Positions 1 through 10,896 of a DNA stretch of 64,000 bases are shown one piece after another; positions within the stretch are counted from its first letter, which is position 1, and each line of letters begins with the position of its first letter. The stretch covers positions 128,001 through 192,000 of the forward strand of contig CANMWZ010000002.1 of the NCBI GenBank assembly GCA_947501605.1. The letters run 5' to 3'. The position numbers and the translations under genes are program-made. Source of the stretch: Planctomycetota bacterium (GTDB lineage Bacteria; Planctomycetota; UBA1135; UBA2386). The notes under the pieces are model-generated. The model searched no databases. It was not told the origin of the DNA and worked only from the letters and a program-made list of their open reading frames with translations.

Positions 1-1267
1 AGCCGGGGTCGCCGTACTGGTCCTGCATGCTGCGCTCGAACAGCAACACCGGCTTCTGCGCCAAGTTGCTCGCCTCCAAACGCCACGTCCGTAGCTGCCG
101 CGTCATGCGGTCCACTTCGGTGGCGATCGCCAGCTTGCCGTCCTGAGCCACAGACAATCCCATTGCGCGGTGCTCGGTTGCAAACCACAGCACAGGCTCT
201 GCAGCCGGCTCCATGGCGACGTAGACGTGATCGCGAATCGGTGCCGGCTTCTTGGGATCACCACCGTCTTGGGCCTCCATCCAACGCAGTGCGTGGTCAT
301 GGCCCGGCAGCCAGCCGATGCCGCGCTTGCCGACCGGGACTCCGCCGATCGGCACGTTCTCGAGCAAGGGGGTCTCGGCGACCCGTCGCACCAGCACACC
401 GTCGCGGGTCCACACCTCGGTGCGCCGCGGGAACTCGCGAACCCCGACCAGAAACGAGAACGGGCGCTGCAGCACGTTGACGAGCAGCAACTCGCCATCG
501 GGTGATTGCGACACCCCGGTCGACATCGATGGCACGCCGAGCTTCTCGATGGCCGAGGTCGCGACCGTAATGCGCGCCAGCTGACTCGTGGCCAGCGCCT
601 CGAAACACCGCGCGTCGTAGTCGCTCTGCAGCATGTCCGGATTGGTCCGCACCTGCGCCTTCTCGCCCGCGCGAGTCTCTTGCACGTTGGGCCCGATGGG
701 CGCCGCCGGCTCGGGCGGCAGCGGCACACCAGCATCCAGTTGGCAGAGCAGACTCTGTTGGTCGCGCGACCATTCGACCCCCGAGCCGAGCACCAAGTTG
801 AGAGCGACTCCGGGCACTTGGCGGACGGCTCCAGTCTCGGTCTCCAGCAACCAGAGTTCGATCGTGCGCTCCGACGTCCGCGTGAAGGCGACATGCGCCC
901 CGGTAGCGCTCCAGAATGGCGGGCTGACGTGCCCCGGCGGGATGGCCACGTCGCGCTCGCCGTTGCTCGACAACGTGCGGAGGACGATTCGCGTGGTCTT
1001 GGCCTCCAGTTGGGGCCCGGCGGTCGTGCCGTCGAGGCGCAGACCGGCGAGCTTGCGGTGAGGCCGCGCCAAGACTTCGAGCTCGGGCATCGCCTGCTCG
1101 TACTGCAACACGAGGAAGCGACGGCACGGACTCAACGACAGCGCCGGCGCCGGCTCAGCAACGATCCACGAAGCCATCGGCTCCGGTGGTGTGCGGTAGA
1201 CGGCGGCCTCCTGGGCCGGGAGCGCCGCGAGGATCGAGACGAGAGCGACAGGGATCGTTCGGTACAT
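1..1267 (-). CDS. S9 family (prolyl oligopeptidase / glutamyl endopeptidase-like) peptidase, N-terminal part; runs off the left edge
   Basis: Not in the ORF track because it has no stop in the window. Manual translation from ATG 1267 gives MYRTIPVALVSILAALPAQEAAVYRTPPEPMASWIVAEPAPALSLSP...KLAGLRLD..., and the window edge reads in the same frame LFERSMQDQYGDPG. Signal peptide plus motifs typical of S9D-type peptidases. Confidence 0.75.
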   Translation of the reverse strand, partial: MYRTIPVALVSILAALPAQEAAVYRTPPEPMASWIVAEPAPALSLSPCRRFLVLQYEQAMPELEVLARPHRKLAGLRLDGTTAGPQLEAKTTRIVLRTLSSNGERDVAIPPGHVSPPFWSATGAHVAFTRTSERTIELWLLETETGAVRQVPGVALNLVLGSGVEWSRDQQSLLCQLDAGVPLPPEPAAPIGPNVQETRAGEKAQVRTNPDMLQSDYDARCFEALATSQLARITVATSAIEKLGVPSMSTGVSQSPDGELLLVNVLQRPFSFLVGVREFPRRTEVWTRDGVLVRRVAETPLLENVPIGGVPVGKRGIGWLPGHDHALRWMEAQDGGDPKKPAPIRDHVYVAMEPAAEPVLWFATEHRAMGLSVAQDGKLAIATEVDRMTRQLRTWRLEASNLAQKPVLLFERSMQDQYGDPG

Positions 1268-1359
1268 GCGAAAGGGCGGCCGAGCCGCCCTTTCGTTCTA
1301 TGCGATGCCCCAGTCGAGCGCGATGGTTCGCGCCGCAGAGAGCCAAGTCCTCGGCTGCC

Positions 1360-2658
<1,299 letters not shown>

Positions 2659-2925
2659 TGCTTCGGCTGCCGTTGCAGTCGGTGGAGTGGGCGCAACTGG
2701 GGCAGAGAGACTAGACCTTGACATGCTTTGTATCCGCTGAAAAACGTTGGCTCTGGGCGGAACCATCGGCCCTCGACCCATGCCGGCTGCAGTCGAGCTG
2801 ACGGATCGTCGGGACTTGCCCTCTTGGCCTGCCGCGGCGACCCGAGGCCCGCCAGTCGAATGGGATCGCCAGTCGGGGGGATCGCCTGGATCGACGCCCC
2901 TCGCACGGATGCAGGCATCCGCCGG

Positions 2926-4263
2926 TCAGTGGTCGTGCGGCGGACCGAGGATCGCAATCAGCTCCGCCTTCTTTTCGTCCATCAGCGCCTTGGTATCGGC
3001 CTCAAGACACATGCGCAGATAGGGCTCGGTGTTGCTCGGGCGGACGTTGACCCACCAGTCGGGGAACGTGACGGTCACGCCGTCCAGGTGGTCGATCTTG
3101 CCAGTCGCGTACTTGCGTTCGACCTGCTGCATCAGCGAGTCCTTGTCCGCGACCTTGAAGTTGATCTCGCCAGTCGGGAAGTACTTGCGCAGTTCATCCG
3201 CCGCCGCTTTGAGGCGCCGCTTCTCCTGGCTCATCTGGTTCATGACCATGATTGCCGCTAGCACGCCGCAGTCCGTGAAGTAGTTCTCGGCGAAGTAGAA
3301 GTGGCCCGAGAGCTCGCCACCACCAATGCAGTCCGTGCGCCGCATCGTCTCCTTCATGAAGGAATGCCCGACGCGCTCGCGTACCGGGCGACCGCCGAGC
3401 TTCTGGATCTCCTCGGGCACGACCTTGCTGCTGCGCAGATCGTAGATGATGCCCTTGCCCGGAAAGCGCTGCAGCATGCCGCGCGCCAGGATCACGGTGA
3501 TCAGGTCGGCGTGCACCGTGCGCCCGTCCTCGTCGACAAAGGCGCAGCGATCGGCGTCGCCGTCAAAGGCCAGTCCGAGCGGCGCCTTGTGCTTCTTCAC
3601 GGCGGCGCGCAGGTCGTCGAGGTTGGACTCCTTCAACGGGTTGGCTTCGTGGTTGGGAAACGTGCCGTCGAGTTCTTCGTACAGCGACACGACCTTGAGC
3701 CCCGGGATCTTGGCGAAGATCGCCGGCGCCTCATGCGCGCCCATGCCATTCGCGTAGTCGACGACAATGGTCATCGGCGCGATGCCCTTCTGGAAGTTGG
3801 CGATGTGCTGCTCGAACTCGGCCTTGACGTTGACGTGATCGCGCTTGCCGGCTCGCGCCGCGGTGGCGAGATCCGGGCCATGCACGAGCTTCTCGATGTC
3901 CTTGATGCCGGTATCCCCCGACATCGGCCTCGCTTCCTGGCGGCAGAGCTTGAAGCCGATGTACTGCTTTGGGTTGTGCGACGCGGTGACGATGAGCCCC
4001 CCATCGCAGGGGAGCTTGCCGATCGCGTAGTAGCCCATCGGCGTCGACGCGAGGCCGATGTCGATGACGTCACAGCCCATCGACAGGATGCCGCCGATCA
4101 CAGCGTCCTGGATCTCTGGCGCCATCGTGCGCATGTCGCGGCCGACGACGAGTCGCTTGGCCTTGAGGAAGTGCACCAGAGCCTGACCGATCCTGCGCGC
4201 GATCCGCGCGTCGATCTGGTCGGGGTAGGTGCCGCGAATGTCGTACGCCTTGAAGATGCTCAC
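2926..4263 (-). CDS. Phosphomannomutase/phosphoglucomutase
   Basis: IFKAYDIRG, phosphoserine motif TASHNP, metal motif FDGDADR, GELSGH, VRPSNTEP. GTG start. Confidence 0.95.
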   Translation of the reverse strand: MSIFKAYDIRGTYPDQIDARIARRIGQALVHFLKAKRLVVGRDMRTMAPEIQDAVIGGILSMGCDVIDIGLASTPMGYYAIGKLPCDGGLIVTASHNPKQYIGFKLCRQEARPMSGDTGIKDIEKLVHGPDLATAARAGKRDHVNVKAEFEQHIANFQKGIAPMTIVVDYANGMGAHEAPAIFAKIPGLKVVSLYEELDGTFPNHEANPLKESNLDDLRAAVKKHKAPLGLAFDGDADRCAFVDEDGRTVHADLITVILARGMLQRFPGKGIIYDLRSSKVVPEEIQKLGGRPVRERVGHSFMKETMRRTDCIGGGELSGHFYFAENYFTDCGVLAAIMVMNQMSQEKRRLKAAADELRKYFPTGEINFKVADKDSLMQQVERKYATGKIDHLDGVTVTFPDWWVNVRPSNTEPYLRMCLEADTKALMDEKKAELIAILGPPHDH

Positions 4264-4298
4264 GGGCAGTCCTGGTCGGTTGATGAGAACGGGATACT

Positions 4299-5339
4299 TC
4301 AGCGGATCGCGCGCGCGAGGAACTCGGCACACGCGGACAGGCACACGTCGACGCCGTCGTCACCGACGTCGCGATGGGTGACGAATCGAATTCTCGATGG
4401 TCCAGCCTTGGCGGCCAACACCGAGGCATGACGCAGATGGTCGAGCAAGGACTGCGATTCGACTCCACGCACGTCGACCATGACGATGTTGGTTTCGACG
4501 GCAGGCAAGTCGATATGGAGGCATGGCAACTGCGCCAGACCCATCGCGAGTCTTCGTGCCCGCTGATGGTCGGCAAGTAAGTGCGACGGCCCCTCGCGCA
4601 AAGCGATCAACGCCGCGGCGGCGATCACACCGGCTTGGCGCATGCCGCCACCGAAGGCCTTGCGTGCCCGCTTGGCCTCGGCGATGAACTCGGCGCTACC
4701 GGCCAGCAACGATCCAATCGGCGCGCCAAGCCCCTTGCTGAGACACAGGGTCACGGTGTCGCACGGCGCCGTGAGCTCGGACAACTCACACGCGAGCGCC
4801 ACCGCGGCGTTGTAGAGCCGCGCTCCATCGCAGTGGACGAGGAGGCCATGCTCCTGCGCAACACAGGCGAGGGCGCGCAATCGATCCGGGCTGGCGACGC
4901 GGCCGCCTGCCATGTTGTGCGTGTTCTCCACCACCAACAGGCGCGAACGCGGGAAGTGCAAATCGGCGGTGCGCACCGCGCTCGCAATCTGCTTTGGCTC
5001 TGGAAACCCATCCACCGCCGTCAGCGTGCGCGCCTGCGTGCCGGACAGTCGCGCAATCGAGCCACCTTCGTAGTAGTAGACGTGACTGCGCTCCTCGCAG
5101 ATCAGTTCGTCTCCTGGCCGACAGTGCACATGGATCGCGACCTGATTCGCCATCGTGCCGGACGGCAGGTACAGCGCGCTCTCCTTGCCAAGGGCTGCGG
5201 CGCCTGTCGCTTCAAGTTCGCGGACCGTCGGGTCCTCGCCCCACACGTCGTCCCCGACCGCAGCGGCAGCCATGGCAGCCCGCATTGCGGCGGTCGGCAC
5301 AGTCATCGTGTCGCTACGGAAATCGTGCACAGCCGTCAT
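4299..5339 (-). CDS. ltaE: Low-specificity L-threonine aldolase
   Basis: DFRSDT, GDDVWGEDPT, PSGTMAN, ENTHN, HCDGARL, CLSKGLGAP (PLP Lys), GGGMRQAG, RFVTH. Confidence 0.93.
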   Translation of the reverse strand: MTAVHDFRSDTMTVPTAAMRAAMAAAAVGDDVWGEDPTVRELEATGAAALGKESALYLPSGTMANQVAIHVHCRPGDELICEERSHVYYYEGGSIARLSGTQARTLTAVDGFPEPKQIASAVRTADLHFPRSRLLVVENTHNMAGGRVASPDRLRALACVAQEHGLLVHCDGARLYNAAVALACELSELTAPCDTVTLCLSKGLGAPIGSLLAGSAEFIAEAKRARKAFGGGMRQAGVIAAAALIALREGPSHLLADHQRARRLAMGLAQLPCLHIDLPAVETNIVMVDVRGVESQSLLDHLRHASVLAAKAGPSRIRFVTHRDVGDDGVDVCLSACAEFLARAIR

Positions 5340-5402
5340 GTACCGCGGCAAGGATGCACGCAGACGGCCGGAAAGCAACGGCGCGCGAGCTGGTCGCTTC
5401 GA

Positions 5403-7094
5403 TCACTCGACCGGCTGCATGCGACCACCGCGCGGCAGCGTCAACTCCGGACCGTAGGCCAGCGTCGAGAACGCCACGGGCGCCAGATAGAACTCGTAGT
5501 CGAGAAAGGCTGGGTCATTGGGCACAGTCAGCGACACGGTCGACTGGCCGAAGGTGAGGAAGAGTGTCTGCGCCGTCAACGGATCGCCGTAGAAGCGGAA
5601 CGGCTCCTGGGTCGTGTTGGGCTGGTCGATCGCCAGGGACAGCAGCCAAAACACGCCGACGCCGGCGGGCGCATCCGTGTCGAGGTCGAAGGCCGCGCCG
5701 AGCGACACTTCCGCCGGAGTCACCGAGCACGCGGAGAGGAACCGGCCGGCCACCGCGCCGGTCTCCGTCACCTGGCCCGCCATGGTGGTCGCGCTGCGCC
5801 AGCACCCTTCGAGCGTGACCGGAGCGAGGAGCGACTGACCGGTCACAGTCGATGACACCAGTTCGCAGCTGCGCACACGAACTGCGGTGCGGCCCGTGGA
5901 GGGCACCACGATCTGGCAGTTCTGGTAGCGATTCCACAGGAGGTTTGGCAGCGACCCATCGACGTCAAACGTCAGCAGCCCACCGAGATAGGTGCTGTTC
6001 TGTTGCCAGACGCGCTGGGTGAACAGGTTGCCGCGCAGCAAGACGTTGCCAGTGAACTCCATCTCGCTGCCATGGATGTCGAACTCAGCCGTCTTGGGCC
6101 CGACCACGAGCGCCATCTGGCCCGGGCCCGCGGCAAGGCTGCTGTGATGGTGATGGATCATCGTCAGGCCGTTGGCACTGCCTTGCACGTCCACCGCGTC
6201 GCCCGTCGTCGTCACGTCGCAATGCACGAGTCGCAGCATCAACTGCTGGTCGCCGGTGCCAATGCGGCGCACCCGCACGAAGTTGGCACCGAGGTCGAAC
6301 TCGCTGCGATCGAACATCACCATGCTCATCGCGCCGCCGGCACCACTCTCGGTCGTCTCGCACGCAAGGGCAACGCCGTCGAAGTGGCAGTGCATCGCGT
6401 GCATCACCACGAAACCGCCACTGCTCTGATCTTGGACCAAGATCGCCCGGGCCGAGTTGTGGAACACGCAGTGGTGCAGCATCACGGTGCTGTGGTCGAG
6501 CCCAATCCCGGTGAGTCGGACACTCGCCACCGTCTGGGTGTGCATATCACACTCGTCGATTCGACCCATCAGCGCCTCGGCATAGCCGCCCTGGGAGGTG
6601 CGCACGTCGAAGCCAACTTGACCACCGCTCAAGTGCAACCCCGACACCGTCACCGCGTTGGTGTGCAGCGCAAAGATGTGCGCGTGCGAGCCGCCCAGAA
6701 GGATCGTGGTGATGCCGTGCCCGGGTGCGGGGATGACGATGCCCTCGATGTGCACCGGACCAAGGCCCTGGCCTGTGATCGGCGTCAGCGGCCCTTCCAG
6801 CTGAATCGACAACGTAACCATCGGATCGATGAGCACGTGATCGACGACCGAACCAGCACCCGTCACGTTCGCAGCCTCAGCCGGCGACAATTGCCACATT
6901 GCCAGCGTGCCGTTGCACAGTCGAATCGCCTCATCGAGCGACAAGCGCGCGTCGCCCAGGACCCCGTGCGACAGCGGGTCGGTCACGTTCGCAGTGAGGC
7001 CAAGGGCCGCGGGGAATGGCAGGCCGACGGCCGCGGGGAATGCGGGAGAGAGCAGCGTTGCGCCGACGGCGCCGAGCACGAGGGAGGAGATCAT
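5403..7094 (-). CDS. Secreted hypothetical protein: CSLREA-like motif, His/Met-rich probable beta-helix, C-terminal beta domain
   Basis: Signal peptide; GDARLSLDEAIRLCN; repeating beta-turn pattern; C-terminal LTVPNDPAFLDYEFY. Confidence 0.7.
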   Translation of the reverse strand: MISSLVLGAVGATLLSPAFPAAVGLPFPAALGLTANVTDPLSHGVLGDARLSLDEAIRLCNGTLAMWQLSPAEAANVTGAGSVVDHVLIDPMVTLSIQLEGPLTPITGQGLGPVHIEGIVIPAPGHGITTILLGGSHAHIFALHTNAVTVSGLHLSGGQVGFDVRTSQGGYAEALMGRIDECDMHTQTVASVRLTGIGLDHSTVMLHHCVFHNSARAILVQDQSSGGFVVMHAMHCHFDGVALACETTESGAGGAMSMVMFDRSEFDLGANFVRVRRIGTGDQQLMLRLVHCDVTTTGDAVDVQGSANGLTMIHHHHSSLAAGPGQMALVVGPKTAEFDIHGSEMEFTGNVLLRGNLFTQRVWQQNSTYLGGLLTFDVDGSLPNLLWNRYQNCQIVVPSTGRTAVRVRSCELVSSTVTGQSLLAPVTLEGCWRSATTMAGQVTETGAVAGRFLSACSVTPAEVSLGAAFDLDTDAPAGVGVFWLLSLAIDQPNTTQEPFRFYGDPLTAQTLFLTFGQSTVSLTVPNDPAFLDYEFYLAPVAFSTLAYGPELTLPRGGRMQPVE

Positions 7095-7170
7095 GAGGGC
7101 TCAGGTGAACCGCGAACGGGGCGTTCCGCGGACGAGCAATCTAGCACGGGAGGCTGGCTTGACCACCCAT

Positions 7171-7228
7171 GCTCGGAAATACGGGCCTTGCTCGGGAGTA
7201 CGGGCCTTGCTCGGGAGATACGGGCCTC
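7171..7228. repeat. Three tandem imperfect 19-20 bp direct repeats in a divergent intergenic region
   Basis: gctcggaaatacgggcctt / gctcgggagtacgggcctt / gctcgggagatacgggcctc read directly. Confidence 0.85.
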
Positions 7229-7357
7229 GCTTGCGGCTACTGGCCGCCCTTGTCATCGCTGGTTGCTCAGGATCCGAGAGCCTGAGCCCGCGCACGGCGG
7301 GCTCCTTTTCGCCCGGCGGGCGCTTACCCCTTCCCCGCCGGACCAAGCTCTGGGACG

Positions 7358-8638
7358 TTGCCCTCGGTGCCCACTCTCGAACGCGAACTGCGCTGGCTCC
7401 GCGCCTACGCGCTGCTGACGTATCCGTTCGCGTGCGTGCCGTTCTTGTTCCTCTTCTTCCGTGACCACGGCCTCGACCTCGCGCAGTACGGCACAGTGAT
7501 CACCGCCTACTACGTGGCGATGTTCGTGTTCGACGTGCCGACCAGCATACTGGCCGATCGACTTGGTCAGCGCGCCATGATGGTCATCGGCCCAGTCGTG
7601 CTCGCGCTGGGCTTTGTCGTGCTGTTCACGTGGCGCACGTTCACAGGCTTCTGCGTCGGCGAAGCGCTGATGGGCATTGGCCACTCGCTGTTGTCTGGTC
7701 CACCATCGACGCTCCTCTACGAACTGCTGCGAGGCCATGACGCCGAGCATCGCTACCTGAAGGAGGAGTCGCGCATCCACGCACTCAGGCTCACGGGCAC
7801 CGGAACGTCGTTCCTGCTCGGCGGCGGCATCGCCTCTTGGTTCGCCGACGATCGCGGGTATGGCCATGCGGCGACCATCCTGCCGACGGCCATCCTGTGC
7901 GTGCTGTGCGCCACCTGCGCACTGCAGTTGAGGGAGCCGCAAAAGCGCGAGCCACGGCGCTGGCGGGAGTTTGCCAGACAAGCACTGGCCGACCTCTGGC
8001 TGCGCGACGTTCGCTGGCTGCTGGTCTACTGGGTCGTGCTGTTCGCGTTGCTGCGCTACCCATTCCACAACTACCAAGTGGTGCTCGACAACGAGACGGC
8101 GCACGAGCCCTTGTTCGCCTCCCCGCTTTTCGTCGGCATCCTCTACGCCGTGCTCAACCTCGTGGCCGCGCCGCTGAGTCGGCGCGTTCCCGAACTCGTC
8201 CAGCAATTCGGTCGGCGCCGGCTGTTCTGGGCGATGCCGGTGATGCTGTGCGCGAGCCTGCTGGTCATGGCGCTGTCGATGCTGGCTGCCGAGTCGTGGC
8301 CGCAACACGCGCGCGCACTGGCGTGGGTGTCGATCGCGATGTTCTTCATCCAGCAGATTCCGTTTGGCATGCACTGGGCCCTGGTCCAGGAGTTCGTGAA
8401 CCATCGGATCCAGCCCGAGGCGCGCTCGACCGTGTGGTCGGTGCTGTCGCTCGGAGGCCGGCTGTTCTATTCGCCCATCAACCAGGGTCTCTTTGTGCTG
8501 CAACAGCTGAGCGGGTTACCGACCGCGCTTTCGCTCTGTGCTGGCGTTGGCATCGTCGCGACGACCGCGGTCATGTTGCGACGACCGCGCGGGCTGCTGC
8601 GAGATGCCGAACTGGACCTCAGCGACCGAGGTCGATGA
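7358..8638 (+). CDS. MFS transporter
   Basis: About 12 hydrophobic segments; MFS motif-A-like DVPTSILADRLGQR; SGPPSTLLYE. Confidence 0.88.
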   Translation: MPSVPTLERELRWLRAYALLTYPFACVPFLFLFFRDHGLDLAQYGTVITAYYVAMFVFDVPTSILADRLGQRAMMVIGPVVLALGFVVLFTWRTFTGFCVGEALMGIGHSLLSGPPSTLLYELLRGHDAEHRYLKEESRIHALRLTGTGTSFLLGGGIASWFADDRGYGHAATILPTAILCVLCATCALQLREPQKREPRRWREFARQALADLWLRDVRWLLVYWVVLFALLRYPFHNYQVVLDNETAHEPLFASPLFVGILYAVLNLVAAPLSRRVPELVQQFGRRRLFWAMPVMLCASLLVMALSMLAAESWPQHARALAWVSIAMFFIQQIPFGMHWALVQEFVNHRIQPEARSTVWSVLSLGGRLFYSPINQGLFVLQQLSGLPTALSLCAGVGIVATTAVMLRRPRGLLRDAELDLSDRGR

Positions 8639-10184
8639 ACACGCCGCCATTCTGTTCGGCGAGATCGCGCAAGAACTCCTTCTGGAACTCGCCGATCGCG
8701 ATCGTGTGGAAGACGATCTTGAAGGCCTCGTTGTAGCGACGCACCTCCTTCAGAATCTCCAGGGTGTCGATGATCTTGCCGATCGATGGGCGACCGTCGC
8801 TGAGGAAGTAAACCGTGTCGAGCTTGTTCTTGATCGACACCTTGTCCCCGCCGGTCACCGCGGCGCGGGGCGGATTCTCCGGATCGACGCCGAACGGATG
8901 CAGCACCGCTTTCAGCGTGTTGGTCTTGCCGCCGGCCGGATCGGTCAGGCCACCGAGCCCGGCCGCCGCGAGGTCCTGGTCCTCGGTCCCACCGATGGGT
9001 TTCAGTCGACCCACCCAGGCCTTGGCCGCCTCGCGGTTGACGATGTTTGCCGGCACGAGCCGTGGTCTCCACACGTTCAGTTCGCTGGCGAAGGCGATGA
9101 TAGTGAAGTTGGTTGTCTCGGTCAGCGAGTCCAGTGCGCTCAGCAACTGAGCTCGCACAACGGTGAACTTCTTGTCGTCGCGATAGCCCTGGAACTTCTC
9201 GCGCTCCACCACCGTGTCATCCATCGAGCCCGAGACGTCGATGATGAACATCACGTGAGTCGAGGTCGTCGGGATGCCAGCAAAGGTCGTCAGGCCCTCC
9301 TTCTGACCATAGATCTCGGCGTACTTTCTTCGGCTCTCTGCCTTCTTGGCGAGCTCCTCCTTGGTCGGGATCCGCCAGCCCTCGATGGCCATGAGGCGAT
9401 TCCACTGCTCCTGCCAGCGGTCGGGTTCGAGCCCGAACTCGAAGCCAGTGATCCGGAACAGTGCTTCGGCGCACTCCGTGCGCACGCGGCCGGTCTGCCG
9501 CATCAAGTCGATCAAGGGTTGCACCGCCGCTTGCGGGCGCGTCACGGCGACCGCGGTGACCGCCGATGTCTGCACCTGCCACTCCGAGTCTTTCAACAGC
9601 GGTACCACGGCGACTCCGAGGTCGACGAGCTCGAGCTTGGCGACGGCGTCGCAGGCAGCCATGCGCACGAGCGCGTCACCATCGCTGAGCATCGGCGAGA
9701 CGACCTGGGCGACGTTGGTCTCACCGATCAGCTGCAGGGCGCGCAGCGCCTCGTAGCGGATCTGCGAAGTAGCCTTGGGCTCGAGAGCCGCCGCGCAGAT
9801 CGCGTCCTTGGCCCCCTTCAGGTGCGCGGCGCCAAAGACGCGTAGCAACAGCAGTCGCTGAGCCTGGTCCTTGTTGTCGGCAAAGCCATCGAGCCAGGGT
9901 TGGAACGACTTCGAATCTTTGTAGCCCGCGAGCACGGCCAGGGCCGTCTGTTGCACCAGGGGTACCTTGTGGCCCATTAGCCCGAGCAGCTCGTCGACGG
10001 CCGGCACGCACTCGTAGCCGCTGAGTGTCCGAACGGCTTCCACTTGCTCTGCCTCGGTCTTGAACTTCCGGAAGAAGCGCTGGAAGTCTTTCACGAACGC
10101 AAGCCGATCCGGGTCCGCATCCTGCGCAAACGCAGTAGCGGTCAGGAGCAGCATGGCCAGCAACAGGCCGATTCGATGCAGCAT
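8619..10184 (-). CDS. Secreted HEAT-repeat + von Willebrand A domain protein
   Basis: Signal peptide MLHRIGLLLAMLLLTATAFA|QD; PBS-lyase-type HEAT repeats (LSDGDALVRMAACDAV, LKDSEWQVQTSAVTAV); MIDAS motif FIIDVSGSM; YFLSDGRP. Confidence 0.85.
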   Translation of the reverse strand: MLHRIGLLLAMLLLTATAFAQDADPDRLAFVKDFQRFFRKFKTEAEQVEAVRTLSGYECVPAVDELLGLMGHKVPLVQQTALAVLAGYKDSKSFQPWLDGFADNKDQAQRLLLLRVFGAAHLKGAKDAICAAALEPKATSQIRYEALRALQLIGETNVAQVVSPMLSDGDALVRMAACDAVAKLELVDLGVAVVPLLKDSEWQVQTSAVTAVAVTRPQAAVQPLIDLMRQTGRVRTECAEALFRITGFEFGLEPDRWQEQWNRLMAIEGWRIPTKEELAKKAESRRKYAEIYGQKEGLTTFAGIPTTSTHVMFIIDVSGSMDDTVVEREKFQGYRDDKKFTVVRAQLLSALDSLTETTNFTIIAFASELNVWRPRLVPANIVNREAAKAWVGRLKPIGGTEDQDLAAAGLGGLTDPAGGKTNTLKAVLHPFGVDPENPPRAAVTGGDKVSIKNKLDTVYFLSDGRPSIGKIIDTLEILKEVRRYNEAFKIVFHTIAIGEFQKEFLRDLAEQNGGVFIDLGR

Positions 10185-10285
10185 GTGTGTTCTTGCGAGC
10201 AGCAGAGGGGCCACCGCACGATAGCACGACAGAGACACGCCGTCGCGGTGACTCGCTACCGCTGCGTCGATCTGCCGCGCCTGAA

Positions 10286-10816
10286 TCAGCCGTGCGCGGC
10301 CGGATGGCGCCACCACGCGAGCCGCACGTCGCGGTCGAGCGTTCGCCCGAGGACCAGCAGGTCGGCCTGCGCGAGTGCAACATCGGCCTCGCGCGGACGC
10401 GTGGTCGCTGCCCGCGGCGTCAGGACGAACTCCACCGTGGAGTGGTAGTCGACCTCGAGGGTCCACGACATCGACATCGACGTCGACGACAGCCGCAGCG
10501 ACTTGGCGAGGTTCTCGAGCTGGACGATGCCGCGCGAATCGAGGGCCTGCCATCGGACGAACGGCAGGCGGCGGCGAATGCGATCGCCGCCGTGCGATTC
10601 CGTCACGCGAACCCCGTCGAGGCGACCGATGGCGCGCTGCACGGCAAAAACGGAGGCATCGATGCCTTCTTGCTCCGCTTCACGAGCACGCTCGATCGTG
10701 GCCACAGCTACGGACCCGCCCGCGATGGCTCCACACAGGTCGCACTCCATGACATTGTGACCCTCGTGCAGACGGGGGGTCAGGCTGTTGTTGCCGCATT
10801 CGCTACAGGAGTCCAT
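10286..10816 (-). CDS. Hypothetical protein with N-terminal Zn ribbon
   Basis: MDSCSECG...ECDLCG (two CxxC) followed by a globular-looking region; fills the gap between two co-oriented genes. Confidence 0.65.
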   Translation of the reverse strand: MDSCSECGNNSLTPRLHEGHNVMECDLCGAIAGGSVAVATIERAREAEQEGIDASVFAVQRAIGRLDGVRVTESHGGDRIRRRLPFVRWQALDSRGIVQLENLAKSLRLSSTSMSMSWTLEVDYHSTVEFVLTPRAATTRPREADVALAQADLLVLGRTLDRDVRLAWWRHPAAHG

Positions 10817-10896
10817 CGATCGATCAGCCGGAGTTGAGGGCGGAGGATTACACCGCCGATCCGCGCTGTCGTAAAGGCCCTGCGCGCAATGACCTC

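Noticed and set aside
7171..7228. Mini CRISPR array
   Set aside because: Repeats are contiguous, with no spacers and no cas genes.
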